Positions 29,647 through 40,489 of a stretch of DNA of 64,000 nt are shown here, one piece after another. A program made the translations under genes and the position numbers. The DNA is from Escherichia coli (GTDB lineage: Bacteria; Pseudomonadota; Gammaproteobacteria; Enterobacterales; Enterobacteriaceae). Location of the stretch: the NCBI RefSeq assembly GCF_046105845.1, contig NZ_CP151004.1. One strand, 5' to 3'. Numbering within the stretch: position 1 is the first letter of the stretch; every line of letters starts with the position of its first letter. The notes below the pieces were generated by a model. The model ran no database searches. It was not told where the DNA came from and saw nothing but the letters and a program-made list of their open reading frames with translations.

Positions 29647-30071
29647 GTGAAGCGTTATCGCTTTTCTCGTTGTTTGCCAGTAGTTTTCTCAGCGCTACAC
29701 TATTACCCGGCAACTCCGAAGTCGTGCTGGTGGCAATGTTGCTTTCCGGGATCAGTCATCCCTGGGTTTTAGTTTTAACAGCAACAATGGGTAATAGCCT
29801 TGGAGGGTTAACTAACGTTATCCTTGGGCGTTTCTTTCCATTGCGTAAAACATCGCGCTGGCAAGAGAAAGCTACCGGCTGGCTGAAACGCTATGGTGCA
29901 GTCACGCTATTATTAAGCTGGATGCCCGTGGTTGGCGATTTACTGTGTCTGTTAGCGGGATGGATGCGCATCTCGTGGGGACCGGTAATCTTTTTTTTGT
30001 GCCTTGGTAAAGCGTTACGCTATGTTGCAGTTGCAGCAGCTACCGTTCAGGGCATGATGTGGTGGCACTAA
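29643..30071 (+). CDS. yqaA: DedA/SNARE-associated family inner membrane protein
   Basis: 142 aa hydrophobic protein; ATGA overlap with yqaB. Confidence 0.85.
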   Translation: MSEALSLFSLFASSFLSATLLPGNSEVVLVAMLLSGISHPWVLVLTATMGNSLGGLTNVILGRFFPLRKTSRWQEKATGWLKRYGAVTLLLSWMPVVGDLLCLLAGWMRISWGPVIFFLCLGKALRYVAVAAATVQGMMWWH

Positions 30072-30116
30072 TTGTAGGCCTGCACATATGGTCACCATTA
30101 CAGTTATGCTAATTAA

Positions 30117-31700
<1,584 letters not shown>

Positions 31701-31708
31701 CAGAAAAG

Positions 31709-31781
31709 AAAAAGGCCACTCGTGAGTGGCCAAAATTTCATCTCTGAATTCAGGGATGATGATAACAAATGCGCGTCTTTC
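31709..31781 (-). ncRNA. micA: MicA (SraD) small regulatory RNA
   Basis: Minus strand reads gaaagacgcgcatttgttatcatcatccctgaattcagagatgaaattttggccactcacgagtggccttttt, i.e. the MicA sequence with its terminator hairpin. Confidence 0.9.
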
Positions 31782-31849
31782 ATATACTCAGACTCGCCTG
31801 GGAAGAAAGAGTTCAGAAAATTTTTAAAAAAATTACCGGAGGTGGCTAA

Positions 31850-32365
31850 ATGCCGTTGTTAGATAGCTTCACAGTCGATCATACCCGGATGGAAGCGCCT
31901 GCAGTTCGGGTGGCGAAAACAATGAACACCCCGCATGGCGACGCAATCACCGTGTTCGATCTGCGCTTCTGCGTGCCGAACAAAGAAGTGATGCCAGAAA
32001 GAGGGATCCATACCCTGGAGCACCTGTTTGCTGGTTTTATGCGTAACCATCTTAACGGTAATGGCGTAGAGATTATCGATATCTCGCCAATGGGCTGCCG
32101 CACCGGTTTTTATATGAGTTTGATTGGTACGCCAGATGAGCAGCGTGTCGCTGATGCCTGGAAAGCGGCAATGGAAGACGTGCTGAAAGTGCAGGATCAG
32201 AATCAGATCCCGGAACTGAACGTCTACCAGTGTGGCACTTACCAGATGCACTCGTTGCAGGAAGCACAGGATATTGCGCGTAGCATTCTGGAACGTGACG
32301 TGCGCATCAACAGCAACGAAGAACTGGCGCTGCCGAAAGAGAAGTTGCAGGAACTGCACATTTAG
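31850..32365 (+). CDS. luxS: S-ribosylhomocysteine lyase (AI-2 synthase)
   Basis: 171 aa; [10 protein letters not shown] metal-binding motif. Confidence 0.96.
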
Positions 32366-32381
32366 TCAGTTTAAGCAGAAG

Positions 32382-32414
32382 AGGCCGGGCTGGTGAAATC
32401 ACCGCCCGGCTTTT
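32382..32414 (+). terminator. Intrinsic terminator shared by convergent luxS and the HD-kinase gene
   Basis: gccgggc-tggtgaaatcaccg-cccggc hairpin followed by tttt; the minus-strand stop is at 32416..32418. Confidence 0.75.
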
Positions 32415-32415
32415 A

Positions 32416-33528
32416 TTACCTGTCAGTCACCCAATATTCCACACTATGTGCTTCATCAGGTTGAGGAACTTCCAGCCTTGAGGCCATCCGCATCACGACC
32501 GCTTCAGGAACTGCATACTCGCGTCTGGCATTTTGCTGCTTCCATTGCTCCCATGGCACTTCCAGATAAACGATTTTTACTCGTGCGCCGTAAGCCGTAA
32601 ACAGACTGATGAGCTGGCTACGCAGCTGGCGGGTAATGTTCGTCGCATTCCAGATGAACGGCTTTTTCTGGCGTAAAAAAACGCGCGCCTCTTCTTTTGC
32701 CTGTTGCACAATACGCCCGGTGGCGGTTTTGTCGTCCGGGCTGGCATTGATTCGCCGCCGCATATCATCAAGGCTGATAACGTCCATTCCCAGGCACAGT
32801 TCACTGATATAGCGATCTTTGCCCATACCCGGTAAGCCACACAGCAAAATAACCTCAAAAGATTCAGCCTCCCAGGGAACAAAATCAGGAGAACTTTGCT
32901 CATGAGTCAGGTAGTGCCAGCGTGCGGAATCAGACACGAACGGGCGCGCTTTTCCCCAGCATTGTTGCTCATGGCAAAACAGCTCGAACAGATCGATGCG
33001 TTCCAGCATTGATTGCTGGTCCGGGCTTTGGCGACCAAGCAGATCGGCACGAGCAAGCAAAGCGAGCAAACGCGTGTCGATGCGCATTGCAGCTGTGAGC
33101 AGCAAACGCTCCGGTTCCGGACGTTCCAGTAACCATAGCGGTAACCCATGCAGACGCACCAGCGCAACAATTTGCTCGCGTAGCACGAACGGCGTTGGGA
33201 TATCGCGCCATAAAATTTGTCGGGCCGTCAGTTCGCCCCGACGAGCATGGCCAGGCGACTGAATACGTCCGTTTTCCTGCACGGTAGTGCTGCGCTTTTC
33301 AACATCATGCAATAACGCCGCCGCCCATAAAACTTCCTGCTGTTGAGCGGGGAGTTGCTGGAATTCTGGCAGAGTAACGAGGGCGTTAAGTACCATTTCG
33401 GTATGCACGCCGACGTCGCCTTCACCATGATGCTCCGGGTCTTGTGGCGTGTGATGCATCTCCTCAACCCAACTGAAACGCTGGCGTAGCGCCGACCAGC
33501 GTTTATCGTCGGTAAGCTGCCAAATCAT
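32416..33528 (-). CDS. HD-domain phosphoesterase fused to a P-loop polynucleotide-kinase-like domain (putative end-healing enzyme)
   Basis: 370 aa; N-terminal HD signature ([11 protein letters not shown] ... AALLHDVEK ... GHARRG ... RLHGL ... ARADLLGR); C-terminal Walker-A-like [12 protein letters not shown] with Walker-B-like DVISLDD; start overlaps the upstream ligase stop (ATGA). Confidence 0.65.
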
Positions 33529-34232
33529 GATTGTTCTCCATAGGTGAACTCATGGGCCATCCGCGCCCGTTGCCAGTGGCGTTTCCAGTGTACGGTAGTT
33601 TTGACATGATTTTTGCGTACATACTTGAAGACGTTATGCGAAAAGTCAGCGACGGAAAACGCATCACGATTCCGGCTGACAATGCCTTCCAGCGTACAGG
33701 GTTGCCCGGTTTGTGTATCCCAGGGATCGAACGCGCCGCGCGCATTGGTCAGCGCCAGAAAATCACGTTGCCAGCTTTTTTCATCATTCCCCGGCTGCGG
33801 GCCGGAGATTTCGGGAACGCAGGGGAAATCAAACAGAGCGGCGTAAAACTGCACCTCTTCCCAGCTCAGCCACATATCCTGGCAGCGAACGGCAAACAGA
33901 TAAAAATCCTGCTCCAGGGCGCGATATTCAATCGAATGGACGGCATAAAGATTTTCACCAAACAACTCCAGATCGCCGAGATCGTTTTTCAGCAGTTGCC
34001 AGCGTTGGCGAATTTTATAGGTCCATGCCGACTGCGTAGGCGCGGCATGGGAACGGGCAAACACGCCGTAGCGGTTAAGGCAGTTATTTTCACCGTCGAG
34101 TTTTTCTGTGTGCACCAATTGCGTGATGGCCTGTAAATCCTGCCAGTAATCGGTGTTAATACGGTCATCGCTGGTGGTGCCAGGGGAGAAAGGATAATGC
34201 CAGGTTCTCCCGTATTTTCGTTGGGTATTCAT
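33525..34232 (-). CDS. ATP-dependent RNA ligase, Rnl2-like nucleotidyltransferase
   Basis: 235 aa; motif [10 protein letters not shown] (KxDGxN), motif III-like [11 protein letters not shown], motif IV-like EGIVSR, motif V-like FKYVRKNH. Confidence 0.65.
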   Translation of the reverse strand: MNTQRKYGRTWHYPFSPGTTSDDRINTDYWQDLQAITQLVHTEKLDGENNCLNRYGVFARSHAAPTQSAWTYKIRQRWQLLKNDLGDLELFGENLYAVHSIEYRALEQDFYLFAVRCQDMWLSWEEVQFYAALFDFPCVPEISGPQPGNDEKSWQRDFLALTNARGAFDPWDTQTGQPCTLEGIVSRNRDAFSVADFSHNVFKYVRKNHVKTTVHWKRHWQRARMAHEFTYGEQS

Positions 34233-34456
34233 AATAATCCATTATTTTGTGTGTAATAAATGTACGCCCGCGAGGGTGCGAGTTATGGGGTTAAAAGAAA
34301 AATGTGAGTATCACCCGCGAAAGCGAGGGCGAAGGAAAAAGAGAATTAACAACCTGAGCGAATGCTCAGAACCGGTTAATGGTGAATGGAAGAGTTTGGG
34401 GCGGCGAAAAGATACACCGAATGAGTGGATAAAACAACCGTTTGCAAAATGAGCAA

Positions 34457-34480
34457 ATAAAAAGGGAGCCGCAGCTCCCT
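34457..34480 (-). terminator. Intrinsic terminator of emrB
   Basis: Minus strand: gggagctgcggctccc hairpin followed by tttttatttg. Confidence 0.7.
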
Positions 34481-34489
34481 TTGACAACC

Positions 34490-36028
34490 TTAGTGCGCAC
34501 CACCTCCGCCGCCACCTGCGCCAAATGGCGGTTTAGCAAACCACACCAGCCCCAGCAGGACGAGGAATATCCCAGCTGACATCCAGAAGATCTCATTGGC
34601 GGAAATAATCAGCCCCTGATTGGTGATCTGCTGGGCAATCCAGCCTGATGCCTGCTGTTGCGTCATCCCAAGCCCTTCCAGTTGACTATACATCGCCTGG
34701 GCATTCGGGTTGAACGGGTTTACCGACTCAGTCAACTGCGCATGGTGCATCGACTCGCGGTTGGTCCACATGGTAGTGGTTATCGACGTGCCGATAGACC
34801 CCGCCAGCGTTCGCGTAAAGTTAGAGAGGCTCGATGCTGCCGCCAGTCGTTCCGGTGGCAAACCAGACAGCGTAATGGTGGTCAGCGGCATAAAGAAGCA
34901 GGCCACCGCAAAACCCTGGATAAACTGCGGCCAGGCCGACGCGCCAAAATCCATACCTGGTTCAAAGGTATAGGCACGCCAGTAGAAGCAGACGGCATAC
35001 ATAATAAAGCTGAAGGTTACCAGCCGCCGCATATCCAGTTTATGCGCGAAGCGGCCGATAATCGGCGACAGGATCACCGGAATAATTCCTACCGGCGCAG
35101 AGGCCAGACCTGCCCACGTTGCCGTGTAACCGTAGACCTCCTGCAACAACTGCGGCAGCAGAACAATCGCGCCGAAGTAGAGCATATACGCGAGGCTGAT
35201 ACACAAGCAGCCGATGGTGAAGTTGCGCGACTTAAACAACGACAGATCGACTATCGGGTTATCGTCGGTCAGCTCCCAGACAATCAGGAAGCAGATAGCC
35301 ACCACTGCCACCACGGTAAGGATGATAATTTCCTGTGATGAGAACCAGTCCAGCTCTTTACCGCGGTCGAGCATAATCTGCAGGCTACCGATACCAATAA
35401 CCAGCAGTGCCAGCCCCACGGCATCAATCCGCCGCCGTTCGGTGCGGGTTTCACGTCCGCGCAGGGTTTGCAGTGTCATCAACACCACCGCCACGCCAAT
35501 CGGTACGTTGATGAAGAATATCCAGCCCCAGTGGTAATTGTCACTGATATACCCGCCGAGGATCGGGCCGCAAATTGGCGCGACAATCACCGTCATCGAC
35601 CACAACGCCAGCGCGATCGAGCGTTTGGCTGGCGGGTAGTTATTCAGCAATAGACTTTGCGAAAGCGGAATTAACGGCCCGGCGACAATCCCCTGAATCA
35701 CGCGGAAGAAGATCAGCATATTCAGGCTGCTGGAGACACCACACGCCCACGACGCAATAGCAAAGGCGATGGTTGACCAGAGGAACAGTTTCACTTCCCC
35801 GACGCGCTTTGCCAGCCAGCCGGTAAGCGGGATCGAGATGGCATTCGCCACCCCGAAAGAAGTGATTACCCACGTTCCCTGGCTGAGCGATGAGCCCAGA
35901 TTCCCGGCGATAGTGGGGATCGCCACGTTAGCAATGGTGGAGTCCAGCACCTGCATGAATGTCGCCAGTGACAGCGCAATCGTCATAATGACCAGTTGCG
36001 CGCCTTCCAGCGGTTTTTGCTGTTGCAT
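34490..36028 (-). CDS. emrB: Multidrug efflux MFS permease (14-TMS DHA2)
   Basis: Start at MQQQKPLEGAQL; large hydrophobic protein downstream of emrA. Confidence 0.93.
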   Translation of the reverse strand: MQQQKPLEGAQLVIMTIALSLATFMQVLDSTIANVAIPTIAGNLGSSLSQGTWVITSFGVANAISIPLTGWLAKRVGEVKLFLWSTIAFAIASWACGVSSSLNMLIFFRVIQGIVAGPLIPLSQSLLLNNYPPAKRSIALALWSMTVIVAPICGPILGGYISDNYHWGWIFFINVPIGVAVVLMTLQTLRGRETRTERRRIDAVGLALLVIGIGSLQIMLDRGKELDWFSSQEIIILTVVAVVAICFLIVWELTDDNPIVDLSLFKSRNFTIGCLCISLAYMLYFGAIVLLPQLLQEVYGYTATWAGLASAPVGIIPVILSPIIGRFAHKLDMRRLVTFSFIMYAVCFYWRAYTFEPGMDFGASAWPQFIQGFAVACFFMPLTTITLSGLPPERLAAASSLSNFTRTLAGSIGTSITTTMWTNRESMHHAQLTESVNPFNPNAQAMYSQLEGLGMTQQQASGWIAQQITNQGLIISANEIFWMSAGIFLVLLGLVWFAKPPFGAGGGGGGAH

Positions 36029-36044
36029 CACACGCACCTCTGGA

Positions 36045-37217
36045 TTAGCCAGCGTTAGCTTTTACGATATCGTCGATCAGTTTATTGACAGGTGCCAGGC
36101 TGATTTCACGCGCGGTGCTTACCGCTACCGGTGTGGAACGTACTTTATTTGCCAGTACCTGACCGTCACGGTTAGTGGTATTGACGCTCACCAGCGTGGA
36201 TAAACCGATACGCAGCGGGTATTGCTCCAGCTGTTTTTGGTCCAGTTCGATACGAACAGGCAGACGCTGAACGACTTTGATCCAGTTACCAGTCGCATTT
36301 TGCGCCGGAAGCAGCGAGAACGCGCTACCTGTGCCCATATCCAGACCAACCACTTTACCGGTGTATTTCACATCATCGCCGTAAATATCGGTGGTGATGG
36401 TGACCGGCTGACCGATGCGCATATTGGCAATCTGCGTCTCTTTAAAGTTGGCATCCACCCACATATTGGTGGCTGGAACGACCGCCATTAGCGGCGTCGT
36501 TGGGCTAATTTGCGCCCCAGGCTGTACCGCGCGGCGGGAGACATAACCGGTCATCGGACTGACAATACGGGTACGCTCCAGCGCCAGCCAGGCGTTACGT
36601 ACTTCGGTGGCAGCCTGTTGCACGGCAGGCTGATCTTCCAGTTTAGTCCCCAGAATCATCGCCTGATTGGCATTGTATTGTTGAATAGCGACGTCCAGTT
36701 GTGCCTGGGCACTGGTAACGGCGTCGCGGGCGTGTTGCAGCTCTTCGCGACCAATCAGGTTGGCATTGCCCAGCGGCACACGGCGGTTGTAGTCGCTTTG
36801 TGCTTTCGCGAGGGCGATTTTTTGCACCTCAATATTCGCCTGCAACTGTTTGCTGTTAATCATCAGCTGGTGGGTTTGGCGAACGCTGGAAGCCAGTGCA
36901 GTTTTGGCTTTTTCAAACGCCTGGCGAGCATCTGTCGGGTCGAGAGTGACCAGAACATCGCCTTCTTTTACAAAATCGGTGTTATCGGCCCAGACTTTCG
37001 TCACGCTGCCAGACACCTGAGACATAATTTGAATCTGATTCCCTGCCACGTATGCGTCATCGGTTTCTTCGAAATGACGCAGTACCAAAAACCAATAAAT
37101 CCCTATCGCTACGGCAATAATTATAAAGAGCAAGGTGAGAAGGAGGAGCAGACGCTTACGTTTGCCGCTCTTCTTTACCGGTTGCTGCGGGGTTTGAGTC
37201 TCCGCATTTGCGCTCAT
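36045..37217 (-). CDS. emrA: Multidrug efflux membrane fusion protein
   Basis: Start at MSANAETQTPQQ; single TM then coiled-coil/lipoyl-like domains. Confidence 0.93.
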   Translation of the reverse strand: MSANAETQTPQQPVKKSGKRKRLLLLLTLLFIIIAVAIGIYWFLVLRHFEETDDAYVAGNQIQIMSQVSGSVTKVWADNTDFVKEGDVLVTLDPTDARQAFEKAKTALASSVRQTHQLMINSKQLQANIEVQKIALAKAQSDYNRRVPLGNANLIGREELQHARDAVTSAQAQLDVAIQQYNANQAMILGTKLEDQPAVQQAATEVRNAWLALERTRIVSPMTGYVSRRAVQPGAQISPTTPLMAVVPATNMWVDANFKETQIANMRIGQPVTITTDIYGDDVKYTGKVVGLDMGTGSAFSLLPAQNATGNWIKVVQRLPVRIELDQKQLEQYPLRIGLSTLVSVNTTNRDGQVLANKVRSTPVAVSTAREISLAPVNKLIDDIVKANAG

Positions 37218-37272
37218 ATTGTTCTCCACGATCTTCTTAACTCATCGGCTGAGCCGACCTGCTTGCCAAAAA

Positions 37273-37296
37273 GGCCAGCATGTTGCGATGCTGGCC
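37273..37296 (-). promoter_or_regulatory. Perfect hairpin between mprA and emrA (possible attenuator/processing site)
   Basis: ggccagcat-gttgcg-atgctggcc flanked by an A-run and a T-run. Confidence 0.45.
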
Positions 37297-37343
37297 AGTC
37301 ATTTTTTCTTTTATAAATCTGGATTTTTGAGCGAGATGACGCG

Positions 37344-37874
37344 TTAGCTCATCGCTTCGAGAACCACACCGTCTTGTTCCATCTGGTCGAGACGGGAGAG
37401 CAATTTGCGGGTGATTTGCTCGAGCTGATCTTTTTCTGTTGTGCTGAGCGCGGACCAGAGTTGATGCAGGCAGTTATGCTGCGGTGGTAAAACCTCGCGC
37501 AAAAACTCGTGACCTTTTTCCGTTAATTGCAGATGCAGGCAGCGGCGATCGTTATCGCTTTCACGACGTTCAATCCAACCGCGTTTTTCCAGTTCATCGG
37601 CAATACGCGTCGCGTTGGTACGGGATGATCCAAGAGCACAACTCAATTCAGAAGGCTGAATACTGTGGTTTTCCTGAGACTCCAGCGTAATCAACGCCAT
37701 AAACAACGTCTCGTTAATCCCCTGAGCCTTCAGCATTTTATTGCGGTTCTCCAGCAGCTTGCTTTGCATGTGCATGCAAAGACGGGTCAGAAGGATCTCC
37801 TGATAAGGAAAATCTTCGTGGCGGCTGGCGCGAAATTTTAGCATTTGTTCAATGGGCGTAAACGAACTATCCAT
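37344..37874 (-). CDS. mprA: MarR-family repressor of emrAB
   Basis: 176 aa with MarR winged-HTH region. Confidence 0.93.
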
Positions 37875-37964
37875 TTGGGTATGACCTCATTAATTTCAGC
37901 CGATATAGTAACGACAGTGACAAATAAAGTAAATGTATTGTTTTAGAAAAATGATTCTTGTGGG

Positions 37965-38300
37965 TTATATAATCGCCATCACTTTCCAGGCGAGCCCGTA
38001 GGCCAGCGCACTAAGCAGTGTTGGGATGATAATGCTGCGTGTTTTATAGAAACTGGCACCCAGTACCGCGAAGCCGACCAGCGTGGGCACGAAACGGCGT
38101 GTATCGTGCATCACTTCTGGTGCGGTAGAGACAACCAGCAGAGCGCATATCGAGGCGATGCCAATGGTGTCGAGCAATATGCCTATCGCGCCACGTTTGG
38201 TTGGGCGGGTATTACCCACACGCAGGCGCAGCGGCAAATAGCGGAAGCAATAATTCGCCGCGCCAACCAGTAACCCAAGCAGCAGAACCTCATAGCTCAT
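37965..38300 (-). CDS. ygaH: Branched-chain amino acid (valine) exporter small subunit, AzlD-like
   Basis: 111 aa hydrophobic; overlaps ygaZ end. Confidence 0.85.
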   Translation of the reverse strand: MSYEVLLLGLLVGAANYCFRYLPLRLRVGNTRPTKRGAIGILLDTIGIASICALLVVSTAPEVMHDTRRFVPTLVGFAVLGASFYKTRSIIIPTLLSALAYGLAWKVMAII

Positions 38301-39027
38301 CGGGCGCTCCTTGCCAGAATGCCTGGATTAACGCAGTGAGGCAGCCACAGACAATGCCTGCCAGAATGGCGACGGGAATAGAAAATAGCGTTACGCCTGC
38401 AAGGGCACCAACTAACGCTGCGGTAACGCAAAGAGATTGTTTGCGCTGGAAAGAGGCGAGCAGGAAACTCATAAAGAGTGCCGGAAGCATAAAACCTAAT
38501 GCTGCTTCAACGGCGGGATATCCTTGCAGCAAGCCGCTGCCGGAGAATGCCCCTATTACCGTACCAAATACCCACGATGACCATGAACTGAAGGCAATGC
38601 CGATCATCCAGTTCTCGCTCCAGCGGCGATTATTGCGTACCAGTTTTGCGGTTGCGGCGGCAAAAACCTCATCCGTCAGGCCAAATGCCCACAGGGCGGT
38701 TTTCGATTTTTGCAGACGCTGAATAATACGGCTACGCAGTGACGGGCCATACAAAACATGGCGAACATCCATTGCCATGACGGTCAGTGCAGCAACCCAC
38801 AAACTACTCCCGGCTGCCAGCATCGCGGTAATGACGAACTGGCTCGCGCCTGCATAAATGATGCAGGAGAAAAAAACGCTTTCGAGAGGAGAGAATCCCA
38901 GACGGGTCGCATTCAGACCGAACGCAAAGGCCACCGGAATATAACTAATAACAATCGGTAAACTGTCTTTGCATCCTTCCATGAAGGTCGCCGAACCAGG
39001 AGCAGGCTGTGGAGTAGGGCTTTCCAT
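38290..39027 (-). CDS. ygaZ: Branched-chain amino acid (valine) exporter large subunit, AzlC-like
   Basis: 245 aa polytopic membrane protein. Confidence 0.85.
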   Translation of the reverse strand: MESPTPQPAPGSATFMEGCKDSLPIVISYIPVAFAFGLNATRLGFSPLESVFFSCIIYAGASQFVITAMLAAGSSLWVAALTVMAMDVRHVLYGPSLRSRIIQRLQKSKTALWAFGLTDEVFAAATAKLVRNNRRWSENWMIGIAFSSWSSWVFGTVIGAFSGSGLLQGYPAVEAALGFMLPALFMSFLLASFQRKQSLCVTAALVGALAGVTLFSIPVAILAGIVCGCLTALIQAFWQGAPDEL

Positions 39028-39150
39028 AGAGTGTACGCTTAACGATTGTTAATATTATAAATAGACTGAATGAATATCTTAACCTTATCAGACTGATGGG
39101 CTTCTTAACACCCTTATAAGTGTAAAGCCACGAAAACGGTTGCTGATTGC

Positions 39151-40335
39151 TTAATTTGCGGCTTCCTGACGATGAAAACCTCGCCACCAGACCAGTAAGT
39201 TAACCAGGGCAATCGTCGCGCCAGCCAGACAAACGCCAGCCCAACCGCCATGTTGCCAGGCTGAGGCTGAAATTAGCGAACCGGCGGCACCGCCAATAAA
39301 GTAGCTGGTCATGTAACCTGCGGTCAGGCGATTACGCGCATCAGGGTGTATTCGATAAATTACCGTCTGGTTAGTGATATGCACGCCCTGCACGGTGAGA
39401 TCCAGCACCAGGATGCCGATAATCAGCGCCAGTACGGAAGTGTGACCAAACCAGATCGCCAGCCATGAAAGTAACAGCAGCAGCAGACCGAAAGTTGTGG
39501 TGTGGTGCGATTTACCCTTATCGGCAAAACCGCCCGCCGGACGAGCGCCCAACGCTCCGGCAGCTCCCGCAAGTCCAAACAGACCAATGACGCCATCGCT
39601 GTAATTAAAAGGTGGAGCGGCAAGCAAAAAGGCCATTGAGGTCCAGAGAATGCTGAAGTTGGCAAAGGTCAGGCAGCCCAGCAACGCGCGGGTGCGCAGA
39701 ATTTTATCGCTGATAAACATGCTGAAAACGGAACCCAACAACTGTGGGTAGTTGAGGTGGGTTTCTGATTTCATTTGTGGCAGACCACGCCATAATGCCA
39801 GCGCCATCAGTGCCATTAACACCGAGGCAACCCAAAAGACGGTGCGCCAGCCGCCGAGGTTTGCCAGCAACCCGGCAACGGTTCGTGCCAGCAAGATCCC
39901 CAACAGCAGCCCGCTCATAATGGTGCCGACCACTTTGCCGCGTTTGTCTGGTGAAGCCAGCGTCGCTGCCAGCGGAACCAGAATTTGTGCCACGACCGAG
40001 AATAAACCGGTTAATGCCGTACCGAGGATCATCATCGCCAGCGACTGACTGCTGGCGGTAATCAACATACCGCCCGCTGCCAGTAAGGTCATCGAGACAA
40101 TCAGGCGGCGGCGTTCAAACATATCACCGAGGGGAACAAGAAACAGCAGACCTGCGGCATAGCCCAACTGCGCGGCGGTAACAATAAAGCCCGCCGAACT
40201 GGCGGAAAGGGAAAAGTTACGCGCGATGGTGTCGAGCAATGGCTGGGCGTAATAGTTGCTGGCGACCGCCAGACCGGTGGCGATAGACATCAGTACGATC
40301 AGTGCCGGGCTAAGCTCATGATTAGGTTTAGTCAT
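39151..40335 (-). CDS. ygaY: MFS transporter (intact 12-TMS-type frame)
   Basis: 394 aa uninterrupted hydrophobic ORF between ygaZ and proX. Confidence 0.8.
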   Translation of the reverse strand: MTKPNHELSPALIVLMSIATGLAVASNYYAQPLLDTIARNFSLSASSAGFIVTAAQLGYAAGLLFLVPLGDMFERRRLIVSMTLLAAGGMLITASSQSLAMMILGTALTGLFSVVAQILVPLAATLASPDKRGKVVGTIMSGLLLGILLARTVAGLLANLGGWRTVFWVASVLMALMALALWRGLPQMKSETHLNYPQLLGSVFSMFISDKILRTRALLGCLTFANFSILWTSMAFLLAAPPFNYSDGVIGLFGLAGAAGALGARPAGGFADKGKSHHTTTFGLLLLLLSWLAIWFGHTSVLALIIGILVLDLTVQGVHITNQTVIYRIHPDARNRLTAGYMTSYFIGGAAGSLISASAWQHGGWAGVCLAGATIALVNLLVWWRGFHRQEAAN

Positions 40336-40489
40336 TATTTTTGTTCATCAGATGATGATTAAGCTGGAAATCAATAATAGCGGATGTTGATGAATATGGG
40401 ATGAAAGATAGATTGTTGAAATGTGCGGTGTGGTTTGTAGGCGTGATAAGACGCGTCAGCGTCGCGCATCCCTGCGCGGTTATCAATAT

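Noticed and set aside
33531-34136. 201-aa plus-strand ORF overlapping the ligase gene
   Set aside because: The minus-strand frame carries the nucleotidyltransferase motifs and is coupled to the downstream gene; the plus-strand translation has no motifs.
36510-37316. 268-aa ORF antisense to emrA (similarly 58581..59183 in csiD and 61037..61606 in ygaQ)
   Set aside because: Antisense to confidently assigned genes, no motifs, no start context.
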